Positions 23,029 through 37,016 of a stretch of 64,000 nt of DNA are shown piece after piece. The stretch is from assembly GCA_051942205.1 (NCBI GenBank), contig JAVECO010000044.1, positions 62,001 to 126,000 on the forward strand, in the 5' to 3' direction. This DNA is from Coniocarpon cinnabarinum. Its lineage: Eukaryota. The notes under the pieces were generated by a model. That model made no database searches. It was given only the letters and a program-made list of their open reading frames with translations, and was not told where the DNA came from. A program made the position numbers and the translations under genes. The stretch's first letter is position 1. Each line of letters begins with the position of its first letter.

Positions 23029-24064
23029 TGTGACGGTTGGCTGTAGACGTCTCCGGGTGAAGACATGGGTCAAGCTTGCGAACCGTCGCGGCCGAGTTCA
23101 TGCATGCTTGCTCTGTGAGTCTATAACATTGTAGGACAAGTTGTCATACGTCGCTAAGATAGTTGAGTCCCGTACCACAGGGCGGGTTCGAGCGGCATGA
23201 CAAGGACGCGTGCGGGACACTGCGGAAGTGAGACCAGGTGGCTACGACATGCATGACAAGTTCAAGACTCTTCTCATCATCATAAGTTTTTCGAAGGATG
23301 TTCCATTGGACGCGTCATACTACAAATATGTTGGGTCGTGGAAAGGACGCCTCCGTACGCGTTGTATGATTTTGGGCACTCAGTGCAGTAGTCCGTCGTG
23401 ACGTCTTAGTGTTTCCCCACCAGCAATGTCATGAATCAATAACTGAGCATTGCACAAGTAGCACTGCTATGTGCGATCTGCTCTGACATGTTGCTTTGGT
23501 GAGCGTTTCGACCTCAAGTAGCCAATATGTTCGCGAAAAAGCGAGGTAAACATTGTGAACACGTTGCAGAACAAGAGGATGCGTTACCGCCCCGTCGCCC
23601 TATGCATGAATGTTACAGCTTTTATTTCGGACGTAATGTATCGAAGCTTATGTCAGGGCACAGATCTCGACTCGGCTGCACCTCGATTGTGGTCTAGTGC
23701 AGCATTCCGTACGGCGGCTCAATGCCTGCGACAATGTAAAGAAGACCCAAGGTAGCAGATTTCGGTGCTTTCAACTTCTCTGCACGCTCATCTAGAGCGA
23801 TGCGGCCTGACAGTGGTGACCTTCTCGTGCAGTCAAGTAAGCTACACATCGGGCTACCACACATTGCGTCGTAACGCTACCCTGCGGTGCTGAGAAGCCA
23901 GAACACCGCCGCTAATTTGCAAACTTTTTCCTTGTATACGGCGTCCAAGTGAAAGCTGCATAGGCGCTCTGTGACAGTCCTGTGCCCTACAGCGACCAAT
24001 AGACTTTGCGCCAAACACCAGTAGATGCAAACAAGGAAGCTTTTGCGTGGAAACGCGACATAGC

Positions 24065-24987
24065 CTAGACCGTTGCAACCTCATTCGAGTTCGCAGTTTC
24101 CTTGTCTTCATTCTTGTCTTGCCCAGGATTGACCTCCTGATAATTCATATGCTTATTAAACCAATAGTATGCCGAAGCCACACAAGACCCGAATAGCGGG
24201 CCCAGCCAGTATATCCAATGATAGCCGGGAAAGTCCCCATCAACCACACATGGTCCAAATGCTCTTGCGGGGTTCAAAGCGCCTCCAGTGTAAAATACGG
24301 ATGCCAGCTCCGAGATGAAAAGGGCGAGGCCGATGCCAACAGGTGCGATGAACGTCGCTTTGTGTTTCTGAGTACAGCCGTGGTCAGCTTGAGAGATGGA
24401 CGTATCTGAAAGGTCTTCCCGGAGTGATGCCATACCTCGGCTGCCAAGAATAAGATGGTCAAGATCAGCTGTATCGTCACAAACATCTCAAGGAAAAGTC
24501 CTTGGGCGATGCCCATTCCAGATGCCAGAGAGACCTTGAACATAAGCTCAGGATGCCCCGGCAAGAGACCCTTGACGACAGCGGCAGATGCTATACCAGC
24601 AATGATCTGTGACAGGAAAATGACCCCCGCTCTTTGATGCTGAGGTCAGCCTGAATTTCAGTAGCTTGTTCGCGCACACCTAAGCATCACCTACCGTAAT
24701 GGGCCGATGGCGCCGGCAAAAGCTAGCGACAGCGTCACAGCCGGGTTGAACAAACCACCCGTGATACGAAAGAAGACCCAGGCATTGACGCCCAAAGAAA
24801 AGCCAAAGGCCAAGGAAATAAAGAGCAGTGCCGAGACGTCAGGCACGCTCGCCGTGCCCGTGCTCGCAACGGTCACATTGGCAATCTGGGTGGCGAGGAA
24901 GGCGACGAAAAGGAAGAGAAAGGTGCCGACAAACTCGCCAACGAAGGCCGTGCCTTCGATACGGAGTGTCGTCGCGAGAGGGGGCAT
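24065..24987 (-). CDS. Aquaporin (MIP family)
   Basis: GEFVGTFLFLF, GGLFNPAVT, GGALNPARAFGP and HWIYWLGP; three exons. Confidence 0.93.
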
Positions 24988-26029
24988 GACGAGGTCGGCC
25001 AGGTAGTGTGTAGAGACAAGGAGGAGCGGACGGAGCAGGGAATTCGGTAGGAGAAGAGAATATACACGGAGATGCACATACTGAGTGGGATACCGCTGGG
25101 CCAGTCAGGGTCCAGATGAGTGACAGATGAGACGAAGGGAAAGCTGGAAAGGGGTGTGGAGCCGTGACGTGAGGATTCGTCACGTCTTCCGACAGCATCG
25201 CGGCACCATTGTATAACGGTTGTTAGCCTGTCCATCCAACGCGAGACTGACAGCTAATACCGTCCCCATGATCGAGCTCGGTGAAACATTAGCGCAGACG
25301 ACAATCGAGAGAATGTTGAAAGACACGGTGGCAACTAGGTGTGCCAGAGGAGTTGCGTCCCGGGACAGATTCAAAGCCTACCAGGGTCGAAGTGGGACGT
25401 TTGGTGTCGTTTGAGAGAACGTGGTGAATGCAGATCGAGTGGTCTACGCTTGCAATGATTTAGCGAGATGGAAAGCCCGATCGTGGGGGCCAAAACCCCC
25501 AGACCCAGCGCTACCCAGCCGGCAAAAAAAAAGCGGGTCGGGGGCGGCGAAATACCCGCAGCGCCTCCTTCACCGGCATCAAAGCGCCTTTTGCGAGGAT
25601 TCTGCATGCTCGGGAGTGATGGCAACTTTCTACAGCACCTCACCTTCCAAAGATGATGTATGTGCGGCAAATATGCGACTTTTTCGGTCGCTGGCAAGAA
25701 TAGGCGAGGAGTTGGTACGCTAGCGTGGCGTGCGTCGCTAGACGAACCTTCTTTCCAAGGTTGCTTTAGCGTTACACTCGGCACTGACAGCGGTGAGGCT
25801 TTACTCATATGTGTTACTTTGGAGGCATTCAACCATGGCAAACGCCGGGGTTTCATGACTATGTCTGGGGCTGACGGTGACGCATCGCTCCTTGTGAATT
25901 AATCATTCATTCATGTGGTATCAATTGGTGCTCTAGGAAAGCGACGCAGCTCCTACAAGCCGCTACTAAATGTAGATGAGATATCTCAGCGACTCCATGC
26001 ATGCTCCTGAGCAAGCACGATCTATCACA

Positions 26030-27631
26030 TCACAACATCCACGCGACACCAGCCCCAGCTCCCAAAGCCACACCCAAGGCTTTCTGTACGCCACCGTACT
26101 CGCAGCGCGGAGCTGCACCGGTGTACGTTGCGTGAGGTCCAGTCAAGGTCCTCGTTACTCCCGTCGGTGTCGCCGCCAACGGGATCGTTACTGTGGTGGA
26201 TAGAAGCGTCAAGACGGTCGAGCCAACAATTGGAGCGCCCGAAGTCGCGGGCAAGAGACCCAGAGATGCGCTTCCCGGCGTGATTGACGTGATTACAGCA
26301 CTGCCTGCTGCAGAAGAGGTGAAAGGTACGGCACCACCAGCAGCTACAGTGCTCGTCTCTCCATTGGCCAGCGTGGTAGGCGTGGCGCTGGCCGCCGATG
26401 GCGCTGTTGTGGACGCGACTGGAAGCGGAAGACCTGCGGACGGTGACACGCTCGAGACGCCGCTGGATACTGCACTGGATATTGCGCTGACGACCGCGCC
26501 GGGCTGTGAGGGCGCTTCTGAGCTCGATGCCGCTGCTGATGAAGAGATTTCGGAGGTGGTTGCCAGCGATGTTGATGACTCTAATGAAGACATTGGCAAA
26601 GCAGTCGGCCCACTGGTAGCTGGCGTACTCGAGCTCGACGACTCAGTGCTGGAGTTTGATACAACGGGGGCCGACGGAGTTGTGACTGCTGCGCTGCTGG
26701 GAGACGAAATTGACTCCGCACTGGTTGACGTGGAGCTTTCGGTGATCGCAGGCGATAGAACTGATGCTGCGAGTACCACCGTCGAGCTGGTGCTGGTTGC
26801 GGGTAACAGGACCGATTCCGCAACGACTACTGTTGAACTAGTAGTAGTCAAAGAAGGCCTCTGTGGGATGTCGAGACTGTCTGTGGCCGACGGCATAATG
26901 TAGGACGGCGCGAGAGATCCTACTGGAGCGGATGCACTCGAACTTGAGATAACAGGAGTCGTGCTCGGCACCGCTGGTATGGAGGGTGCTGCTGGAGACG
27001 AGATACTGGAGGCTGATGTCGTATCACTGGAGCTTGTCGATACGCTGACGCTGGAAGTACTTGCTGGGTCTGAGGTTGAGCTGCTAGGTGGATCGACCGA
27101 AGTAGAGCTTGGAGGATCGACACTTGAAGATGGCGGATCGGCTGAAGGGTCGACACTCGATGATGCTGGTGGGTCAGCAGCGGGATCCACACTTGAAGAT
27201 ACAGCTGTGGTGGCTGGAGGATCCGGAGCAGCTGCAAGCTGTGGTCCTGCGCTTGTGGGAGCGTCTGTCGAGGTGGGATCCCCAAATGATGATGCTTGAC
27301 TTGAGCTGCTACTCAGCGCGTCCAGTGCGTCGGACGTGGAGGATGCAGCAGTCGCCTCGGCGCTCGAAGATACGTCCGACGAGCTGATCTGTCGGACACG
27401 GAGTTGATGAACATCATCTTTGCTGCCTGTTCATTCATTAGCATCTTGGGGAAAAGCTGGCTTGTAAAACACCAGGGTTTACAAACCAAGACGCCGTTCA
27501 TGGACCAGCGGAGCTCTGACGCTGAGCTGCTGTCGTACACCTTCCGGATTATAAACGACACGTCCTGCGGCTGAAGCAGTGAAGACCAGCGCAACGCTGC
27601 CAAGGGCAGCACCGTGTGACAGAAGCATCAT
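26030..27631 (-). CDS. Ser/Thr/Pro-rich secreted, probably GPI-anchored cell-wall protein
   Basis: Signal peptide MMLLSHGAALGSVALVFTASAAG; 60-nt intron 27486-27427 joins to a long S/T/P/A tract with SSVDP repeats; C-terminal YTGAA...LGVALGAGAGVAWML hydrophobic tail. Confidence 0.8.
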
Positions 27632-28511
27632 CCAGGGCAACGGCGTCTGCAGACGAGACACAAGAGTCAACTTGTAACCTCGTCTATCCTAATGGCATCG
27701 TTCACCGCGCTGAAGTTCAACGAGAGGCAAGCTTGGCGGAGCAGATGAAGCAATGGGGCGCCGTGCAGGAGTCTGCGTTTATAAACAACAGACAGCACCC
27801 CATATGGGCAAGGCTCCGGTGCATGACCCCTCCCATGATTTCATGATAGAGCCTCACAAACGACTCAGTCCAGGCTTGGGTGGCTTGCAGAGTCGTCAGG
27901 GTCCGATAGCAACGATTTGCTCGTCCTCTGGGATCGCCATTGTTGCGGGGCAAGGCAAACGCACCAATGCTGCATGTATACTGCAAGGCGCCGCCACACC
28001 CTATCAGCCGAACCAACCATCACCACACAGGCAACTGGCGTGCTCTAGGTTGCTCGGCCTGTCATATCTGCCGCGGGCCTGCCATTCGTCTGATCCACGG
28101 GTTCGACGTGGCGGCCAGATGCAGACGTTGCATCCATGCACGCCGCACAGGTAAGACACTGAGCTGGCGCAACAATGCGGCAAGTGTTGGGCGGCGAGTC
28201 ATCTCCCCACCAGATCGGTTGGACCAGTCTCACGTGCGACGACGGCCCAATGACTTGAGCGACGGTGTGCCATTGCGCCTGCATTGGGACTCGCGCGCAG
28301 CGTCCGCTTCCAGAAACATACTCCAAGTCGTCTGGACGTACATAGTACCGCTTCTGGCCCAGCGCCAAGCTGATGGAGGGGCAGTCGCCTCTGTCAGCCT
28401 CATCTTCGCCGGAGCGTGCGCCGCCGTCCTGAGAAGCGCTCACTTCAATAGTTGCTCTCCAGAATCATTCCACGGGATGTGATCATCTTGCTCACTTTTG
28501 GTCCGGGTATT

Positions 28512-30384
28512 ATGGCGCAACCACCGGTGGTGAGCCTGGCGCCGAGTCTGATGTGGTACGTCGAGTTTGCGCAACACGCTTCCAGCAATGGATGTTTTCG
28601 CGTTGTCTTGTTCCTGTTGCAATGCCGCGCCAAACTGACCAGAGAAAAGGGCGGGCAACGATGGGAGGTGGTCGACGTTCTATGTTAGCATCGGGAATCC
28701 ACCTCAAGTCGTTCAAGTCTTGCCGTCCACATCCGGCTCGGTGTTGATGACGGTTATGCCAGCGGGCTGCATTCCTGGTGTCGGCAACGACCTTGACAAT
28801 TGCGACCAGCGCCGGGGTTCGTTCTTCACGGCCGGAGCAGATTCATCCTACCAGCGCGCTGGAGGCTCGAGTCAATATTACCAGCTTCCACTCTTCGCAG
28901 AGACAAACCTGGGCATTCCGAGTGCAACCGGCATGGTCGGTTTTGATAACGTATCTTTGAGCTTGACCCCTGGAAATCCTCCAGACTACATGCTTGAGAG
29001 CCAAGCGGTCTTCAGCTACGCAGTGAAAGAACCGTTTCTTGGTCAACTCGGTCTTCGGCCAGATCCGATCAGGTTGCCAAATACCACCGAAGTGCACGAT
29101 AGTCCGTTGACGGCGATGCGCAAAGCTGGCAAGATCATGAGCAATTCGTGGTCGTATACCGCAGGGGCCCAGTACCGTGACCCCAATGCCTTTGCAAGCT
29201 TGACCATGGGAGGCAGAGACACGGCCAAATTCGACCCGGACAACATGGTCGGCTTCCAGCTAGGCATTGATCACACACGAGACTTGCTCGTAACCCTTTC
29301 CTCTGTCTCTATCTCGGGCACGACCCCTCAACCCGTAACAGATCTCCCTGCGATCATGTACGTGGACTCGACCATTTCGCCAGTATACCTACCCGAGTCA
29401 GTCTGCGCATATTTCGAAGAAGCGCTAGGGCTTGTCTGGGACAACACGACCAGCCTTTATCTTATTAATGATACCCAACACAACACACTTACTCGAATGA
29501 ACCCTAATATCACCTTCACTGTGGCTTCAGCAAGCGGAGGAGTGGATATTGTCCTGCCGTATGCTGCATTCGATGTCATCGCTTCCTACCCTATGCTTGG
29601 ATCTGATGCGAGTGGCACGGAAACGAGTCGATACTTCCCGCTTCAGCGTGCACAAAACTCGTCACAATACGCACTGGGACGTACTTTTCTTCAAGAAGCC
29701 TACCTCATGGTGGATTACGATCGTTTGAACTTTTCGCTGTCGCCGGCACAGTACTTGTCAGCACCAAGCCAAGGCAGTACGTTAGAAGCCACGTATCCGC
29801 CAGGATACGCCCCAAATATCACAATGACCACACCACAGCCGGGGAAGAAGCTCTCATCCGGAGCCATCGCGGGCATCGCTATTGCGGCTGTGATTGCCGG
29901 CCTAGCAGCAATTGCTGTAGCGTACTTTATTATGCGTCGACGTCGCAATAAGGCCAGGAAACAACAGCAGCCTCCTAACTACGAGTCACATCCACCTACC
30001 TATGAGATCGGAGAGGATAAGCCTCCTCCGGCTGATAAACCCCCTTTGAATGGCAACTCGCTGAAGGAGTATTATGGAACGCCAGCTGAGCTGCAAGGCA
30101 CGCGCGACGAAAAGCATGAAATGCCTGATCGTGAGGGACCTCTCAGTGAGCTGGAAGGCTCGCATCGAGGACATAAAGGTCCCGGTGCGAAGCCCGCAGC
30201 CGACAAGGGTCGGCCCTCACGGATATTCGAGCTGGATGTGGATGCACCCATCACTCCGCAGCTAGTGAGTCCTGAGACCGGAAGCCCAAACCTGGCAGCA
30301 GATGGGCCAGTGAGTCCTGAACCGCCAAACCAGGAATTTCCTACGCTGGAGTCAATGGAGCCCAAAGACCCCAAGAAAGATTGA
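28512..30384 (+). CDS. Membrane-anchored pepsin-like (A1) aspartic protease homolog; start uncertain
   Basis: Intron 28556-28649 gives W-AGNDGRWSTFYVSIGNPPQVVQVLPSTSGS; also VDSTIS, LGRTFLQEAYLMVDYDR and TM LSSGAIAGIAIAAVIAG...RRRR with a cytoplasmic tail. Confidence 0.85.
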
Positions 30385-31190
30385 TGTTTGACTATGCTTC
30401 CAATTGGCGTTGGCAGAACAAGGTGATGGACAACCACATTCGAAGGCAAAGCTGCTGTTCAATCTGTTCTGAGTAGAACGTGGGGAGTCAGGAAATGACT
30501 GATGAGTTATGCTGTACTGTTAACAACATCTAAATACCAATTCGTGAGCCAGGTTGAGCTGAAGCACGAGCTGCATTTGATGCGCCTTTGTTATGAAAAA
30601 AGTGAGTGCCACCACAAGTTCCCGCGTCAGCTACTAGGATCCTACTTGTTCAGTGGGATTTCGAGGTGTATCTGTGCTGCAAACCTCTCGGTGGAAAGGT
30701 TTGCTTTGGGTCAACTCAATACAAAGAGATGCGCGAATGTCGTGCTGGAAATCAAAGCCATCATAAGTTGACGCAAGAGAACGCGTGGACGTGGACACTA
30801 GGTAATTTCCGATGTTGATGCCTTATATTTCGGGCATATGAAGCTTTCACAAAGCGATAAGCAAGCGTAGTGAACACGATCTTATATACAAGCCTACGCC
30901 TGTTGGGTCCAAAGTAGGACCCATGGGCTGGGTGATATCTGTACCCTCAGAAATATCCTAATATCATCGACAAGCCCATCGAAGTAAAAGAATGTCACAG
31001 AAAGAAGGAAAGCGTTGATGAGACCGATCCACTAATATTGACCGCCACGAATATAATTAATAGGCATTCCAAAAGAACAAGAAAAAAGGGCAATGACTCT
31101 TCGCGTGGCCTCTAAGAATATGAGCAGGGGTTGGTAGGATGACATAAAAGGGAAGCGCTCCAGAGTCATGGAAAATACCTGGCAGCCTCA

Positions 31191-31424
31191 TGCGAGATTT
31201 GTCGAGGTTTGAGGCCTAAGGAGATGCTGATCATCTCCTGTCCGGATGGACACCGGATCTGCAGCTCATGTGGGATTCGTCGGAATCTAAAGCCTGAGGA
31301 GATGCTAATCACCTCATGTACCAACGAACACTGGACCTGCAGCTCCTGTGAGGTTTGTCGGGACATAAAGCCCTCCGAGATGCTCATCACCTCATGTACC
31401 AACGGACACTGGATCTGCAGCTCC
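31191..31424 (+). repeat. 3 x 78-nt tandem repeat encoding a Cys/His (RING-like) unit; probable gene relic
   Basis: CEICRGLRPKEMLIISCPDGHRICSS / CGIRRNLKPEEMLITSCTNEHWTCSS / CEVCRDIKPSEMLITSCTNGHWICSS. Confidence 0.85.
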
Positions 31425-31719
31425 TGCGTCAAAGGAAGTTAGCTTGTGCGTCTAACACAAGGTAATAATCTAATTCAGACATGTCATGAGTGTCGCAGGG
31501 TGTTTGAAACGAACACAAAGGCCTCAAGATCCCGGAGCAGGTCTGTTAGATTAGTACTCCACAATGAGATCCTCCACGGACACTCAACTGCGTTCTCGAA
31601 GACGAAATCTTGCCCAACATTGCTGATAATACACATCTGGACACGCCATTGGCGTCATCCTACTTCAACCTAGTAGCGACCTCGGAACGGTTGTGAAGCG
31701 AGAGAGGAACTCTCAGGCG

Positions 31720-31907
31720 CACCTACACCCAGTCGCGTAGTACCTGGGAAAGTCCATGAAAAGGAGCTTTTGGCAATTGTACAGTCTTGCAAGCACTTCA
31801 GGCACTACCTGGAAGGCGCCGCGTACCTCGTGCGGGTCTTCTGCGACCATAATAACCTGGATTACTCCATGACGACCAAGAAATTGACTAGTCATCAAGT
31901 ACCTTGT
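31720..31907 (+). mobile_element. Ty3/gypsy retrotransposon RNase H relic
   Basis: HLHPVA*Y then, in a shifted frame, EKELLAIVQSCKHFRHYLEGAAYLVRVFCDHNNLDYSMTTKKLTSHQ, matching the gypsy ELLAIV..RHYLEG..TDH.NL..TTK.L pattern. Confidence 0.85.
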
Positions 31908-34704
31908 TGTGTATTGCTTCGTGGATCGAAAGTCATCAGATAAATTCTAAGATGCCCCCGATTACTGCGTTTCAGATCATCGCAGTAAGTCCACGTCTAC
32001 CCTACGAAGAAAATTCATGACTTCTCAACAACCTCACAAAGACTACCACCCTGGGTGTTCTCTACTTGATCATCGAAAATATGATCAAAAACAACATAGA
32101 ACTGAATAGCTTTGTTGCCAATCTGTATCAAAAAAGCATTCGCCCATGCGTCCTGTTCTCGGCTCTGAGTGTCGTTTATTTTGGGCTTCTGATATGAAGA
32201 GATAGCATCTAATGTATATCTAACGGGTATGGTGCGATACGACGCGGAGCTTCTCACGTACCTGGGCGAACTCATATTGTGTTGCTTCTCACACGACTCT
32301 CGGACTCGTGCTGCAATGTCGACATCCCAATCGGTAAATATTGATGAATTGGATGTTCCCATCTTTACTTTGTGGCCTTGGGGAAAGATTCTCCTTCTTT
32401 TTTCCCTTTTCCTTGGACCATTTGATCAACAGGCAACACAATGTGAATAGCACCCACACGCTTGTAGTATGTTTCAGAGGAAAAGTAATGCAGAAAGGGC
32501 AACCCTTACCGAATGCGGAGATCACCTGAATATGAGCGCTCACGACCGCTCCCTCCTCAGTAGTGAGTGGCCTGGTGGAACAAATTTCGAACACATTTGC
32601 GCTGATCTTTCCTAGGTGCGTCTGTATCTACGTCAAGGTTTCATGCGGACGTCGATTTAAGACGCTCTAGTAGATTGACTTGCGCTTGAAGCGAGGTGAG
32701 GGGTGGCGAATTGTGACCGCTGGTCGAGTGAAAAGCACCCCAGAAAGTAAGGCTTTCTAAATCTGAAGGGCTTAACCTTTTCTGACCTCAGTAGCAAAAG
32801 CAGAAGGGAATTGCATTATTCTATCAAGCCATCGTTGATCTAATGTTTCGAGCATAAAACGCGCACGAGAGCTGCGAACACGGCACCCTCACCTGGCTGT
32901 AGGGCAGAATTGGGCAACGCAATGTCGGAAACAGGGTCTGTTACTTTGAATTGCCCTTGGTCCCGGATTGGCCCAAACATGTTTAAAAAAATACGCCGTC
33001 AGCGCACCTTGTCCGTGCTGGCGGTGAATGCAGTCCTTGCAGCTGCCATGAATCGAACCCTTGGTTTACTCAGAACTCCTATGGCCATGTGCACAGAACG
33101 ACGCCGGCAATGACACATACTGACACTTGCAGATTCGGCCTCCAAGGTCAACGGAAGCTCGGGAGCATTTGAAAGGAGGCTCTGACACGCTTTCGTCTTT
33201 GAGGTGGGGCACAGACGTGATGTCAGACGTTGCGATGAGCAGCAATCATGCTCGAAGCAGGTGTCACGGCAGGCTTAAGCCGTGTCTACACGGACAAATC
33301 TAGACCAATGGAATGCTTGCGAAAAGATATCACTCATGCGCGCCCTATTCAAGGAAAAGCTTCAGCGTTGCCCATGAAGCAGTCTTGAGATACGCAGTGA
33401 CATTCAACGTTCCCAGAAGGCACACGCCTATGCCTCTCTCCCTACAAGCTTGATACTTGTTCGCACATGAGAGAAGATTGTTTGGTCGGTTGAAAGAGTC
33501 AAAGGCGCTGCAGACAGTCTAAGGATTGGGTGTCGTCGCTGCGTGCCCATGCAATACCATCAGATCTGCAGTCTGTAACAAATCTATCGCTTTCAATTGA
33601 GTCGAGATTGTTGAAGCAATACTCCCTAGGGCCCAAGGACAAACTTCGGCATGAGGCGAGCTATTTTTAGCCGTTCCGTCCTCATGCCACGTGAGATCCA
33701 CCGGGATCTGCTTTGGGAATAGCGCCAACCAGAGTTTCACCCTCCGACGTCTCAAACCTCTGACAGACTTTGAATGTTGCTATCAACTTAGTCTGCACGT
33801 CTGCTACCGTGAAGTTCTGACCCTCAAAGACCTGGCTGTATGGCTCATCATCCTGGACAGCACGAGGCGAGCCCAAGACTGAGGGGTCATACGCCAGCGC
33901 CATTCAGTCTTTCGACAACGTGACGACCACGCAAACACGGCTCGTATGAGCCCAATCTCCGACGGCACAGACGCCCACCTGCCCATAACACAAGCCCTCT
34001 CACGTGCCGACACGCCTTATACCGCCGTGCGAAATTGCAAAACACGGGGATGCGTTTGCCAGTCCTGGGTTCATCCAGTCCCTTGTGCGCTAAAAAATGA
34101 GCAGGTGCTGGTGCGGAGAGTCAGAAAACCAAGGTCTGTGCATAAATGATGTGCTCTGCCGCGCTTTTCCATATCCATTTCTTCTGGACACGGCACAGCA
34201 TCACTCTCCGTCCAATCTTGAGCCGAGCTGTTAGCAGACGCTCGTCAGAGGGTTGATCCTTCGGCCCATCTCCTCATGAGGCACTCGTGTCACGAAATGT
34301 CATGCTCTTAGCCCTATTCGTCCCGACTGCGTACAGATGCGTGCTCTCTCGACGCGGCAGAGCACATCTTCAGGGACTTTAACTTCCTATTTGCCATGCT
34401 CTAGTCATTGACCAAACCACGCCGCGTGCTCCAAGATGCGGCTCCTGCGGGTCAGCAAAGAGGATGATGAGCACGCACGGATTGCTGCCAGAGTCATGGA
34501 ATCCCTGCGAGAGGTCTCTGCTCGGAAAAGCACCTTTGTCGCCTCTTCTTGTCCTAAAGTGATCGACGAACGCCTCATCGGCCTCTTCTTTCCTCTCAAG
34601 AATTCGCCACTCCGTTCGCCATTCCTTCGCTTACTTTGCAGCATCGCCTTCGGAACATGTCTGTTATGGAACGATAGGTCCAGGGAATCGTGTGATGCAG
34701 CACA

Positions 34705-36319
34705 ATGACTGTGCTACCTCCATCTTCGCAGCCACTCGAGACCTCCACCGCTAGTGATGCTCTCGGGTCTCTGCTCGCCACTTGCATCGGCTTTCTCGTG
34801 CTCAACACATTGTTCGTAGCTGCACGGTTTTTCACATCAATCTTCCTTCGGCGGTCGAAGGCGCAGACTTTATGGTGGGACGACTATTTGACGGTGTGCA
34901 TTAATGGATCATCAAAGCACGGCTGGTCGGGGATATTGGCTAATGAGGAAATCAGATCCCGGCATACCTATGCAACCTAGGCATCATTATCATCGCTCTT
35001 GGTATGCATTGCAATCCTTCTGCGACATCATGAACGATCATGGCTAATGTGTTCATTCAGAGATAAGAAAGGTCTACGTCCACGCCGAACCACCCATCTC
35101 TGCGAATGAGTGGGTCAACCCAGAAGTCAACCCACTGCTCTATCCCACCTTCACTGCCCTCCTCAAGCGGATTTATGCGTAAGTGCTTGTCTCTGGGTCC
35201 ATGACACCTTCAAAGCAAGATTGTCGACTTGTCTCAAGTCGACCCATGGTCGTTCTGAGCATGAGCCTATTCCTGCCCATCTCTGCACATGCCATCAAAC
35301 CTTGCGCTGCCTAGACATTTGACGGCACACCTTGCGTAGTCATCCTGTTTATGTCGCTGGCAATAGTGAGAGCATAACCGCCAAGCTAACAAGTCGATAG
35401 CCTCACAGTTCTCCTCATCCCCGTCTACATCCTCACCCGCCTAAGTATCATCGCCCTCTACCTCCGCATTTTCAACGGCCGCATCGTCCGCGCCGCCTGC
35501 TACACGCTCGGCGCTCTTATTCTCATCGAATGGCTCGCCTGTCAAATCGTCGCCATCCTGCTTTGCCATCCCATTCACAAGTTCTGGGACCGCAATGAAC
35601 CGGGCGGCCACTACGTCGATCTGAACACTTTCTTCCGCGGCATCAGCTATCCTACGCTAGTCCTCGACGTGGGACTCATCGCTTTGCCACTGCCAAGCGT
35701 GTGGCGTCTGCGGATGAGTCGAGCCCGACGGATTGCATTGTCTGCGCTATTCTTGACGAGCATTCTGTAAGTTGCGCGCCTTTTTCCAAATCCATGTATC
35801 GACCCGTCTGATGTGGACTTTGGCTAACAATCTCAACGCAGTGCCGTCATCGCCTCCGCATATCGCACCTCCATCGTGCAAACGCACGACGCCAACTTCC
35901 TCACCCCCGCCGAAAGCAACTACTGGATCTCCTGGACCATAGGCGAGACAGGCATCTACCTCATCGTCGCCTGTCTGCCCGCATTAGCACCCCTCTTTCG
36001 CCTGCTAATCCCATCTCGCTTCCGGGGCGAGCATCCGCGCCACTCCCGCCATCTAGACGTCCTGGCGCGACAAAACGGCCTCCCGCATCGAGGCGATCTA
36101 GCCAGGTTGGTGGAGCACGACGCCAGTGCGAGGGCGATCGGGATGCAGAAGGGGCAACTCACCCCGGGTGAGATCGAACTCGGGGAACGAGCGAGGACGC
36201 CGGGCGGTGGGCCGAAGGTTGATGATTTATTGGGGATGCAGGCTGGGACTGGGGTGTTGGTGCACACCGAGGTTATGGTGACCGAGGAGGAGAAGGTGGC
36301 GGATGTTATTGGGATTTGA
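34705..36319 (+). CDS. PTH11-like / fungal rhodopsin-domain membrane protein (multi-exon)
   Basis: LFVAARFF..WWDDYL, RLSIIALYLRIF, CHPIHKFWD, DVGLIALPLPSVWRLRM and WTIGETGIYLIVACLPALAPLF. Confidence 0.85.
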
Positions 36320-37016
36320 TACCCTGCTCTTGTGCTTTCGTTGTTATGAATCAGACAAGCATCTACGCTCGACTCGCCGTTTGTATTTCTGTTGTGGTAT
36401 CCGGCGGTGTGCTTTGCGTGCTTTGTTGGAGGCTTGTTGCTCTTATGGCCTATAGCTTGTAGAAGGTAAAAGGCATCTGCATGCTTGTATGTTGGCTGAG
36501 AGTCAGGAGACCTGATCTGCTTGATGCGACGGCGGCTCATGAGATCTATTTATGCATGCAAGAGGACGCTGAAGACGCTGCATATGCAACGTGCGGTCCA
36601 AAATCCCTTACTCGATTCCCGTTTTGAGCCTCAAAACCTTCACATCAGCAATGCTGTCACGAAATTGGTCATGACACGTCGAAAGACGCATCTACAAGTT
36701 ATCTATGTTACATATGACGGTGAGACGTAAAGCGGAGCACAGTCAGTCGTTAGTAGGTCCCCTGACGGCCAATAGCAAGGTTACTGTATCCAACAGCCAA
36801 GCTGTTGAACATTGGGGTATCGAAGTTAAATACACCGCAACGCCCACGAACTGAACGAGAAGAACAAGAAAGACGAACGACATTGTTGCATGTCTCTCAT
36901 CCAAGTACTCTAGGGCTCTCCATACGAACCTTCCAATATGTTGAATCACCGTTATCAAACGGTCACACAAGGGGCAACCACCACAACACCCTCCTACGAC
37001 TCGTCAACAACGACAT

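Noticed and set aside
26193..27299. Long plus-strand ORFs (236 and 112 aa)
   Set aside because: Antisense shadows of the Ser/Thr-rich cell-wall gene
32015..34013. Minus-strand ORFs 32015-32362 and 33682-33903 as gene relics
   Set aside because: Somewhat coding-like, but I could not build a gene model or recognise a family
35223..35243. Short hairpin GTCGACTTG-TCT-CAAGTCGAC in an intron
   Set aside because: A 9-bp stem can occur by chance and has no supporting context
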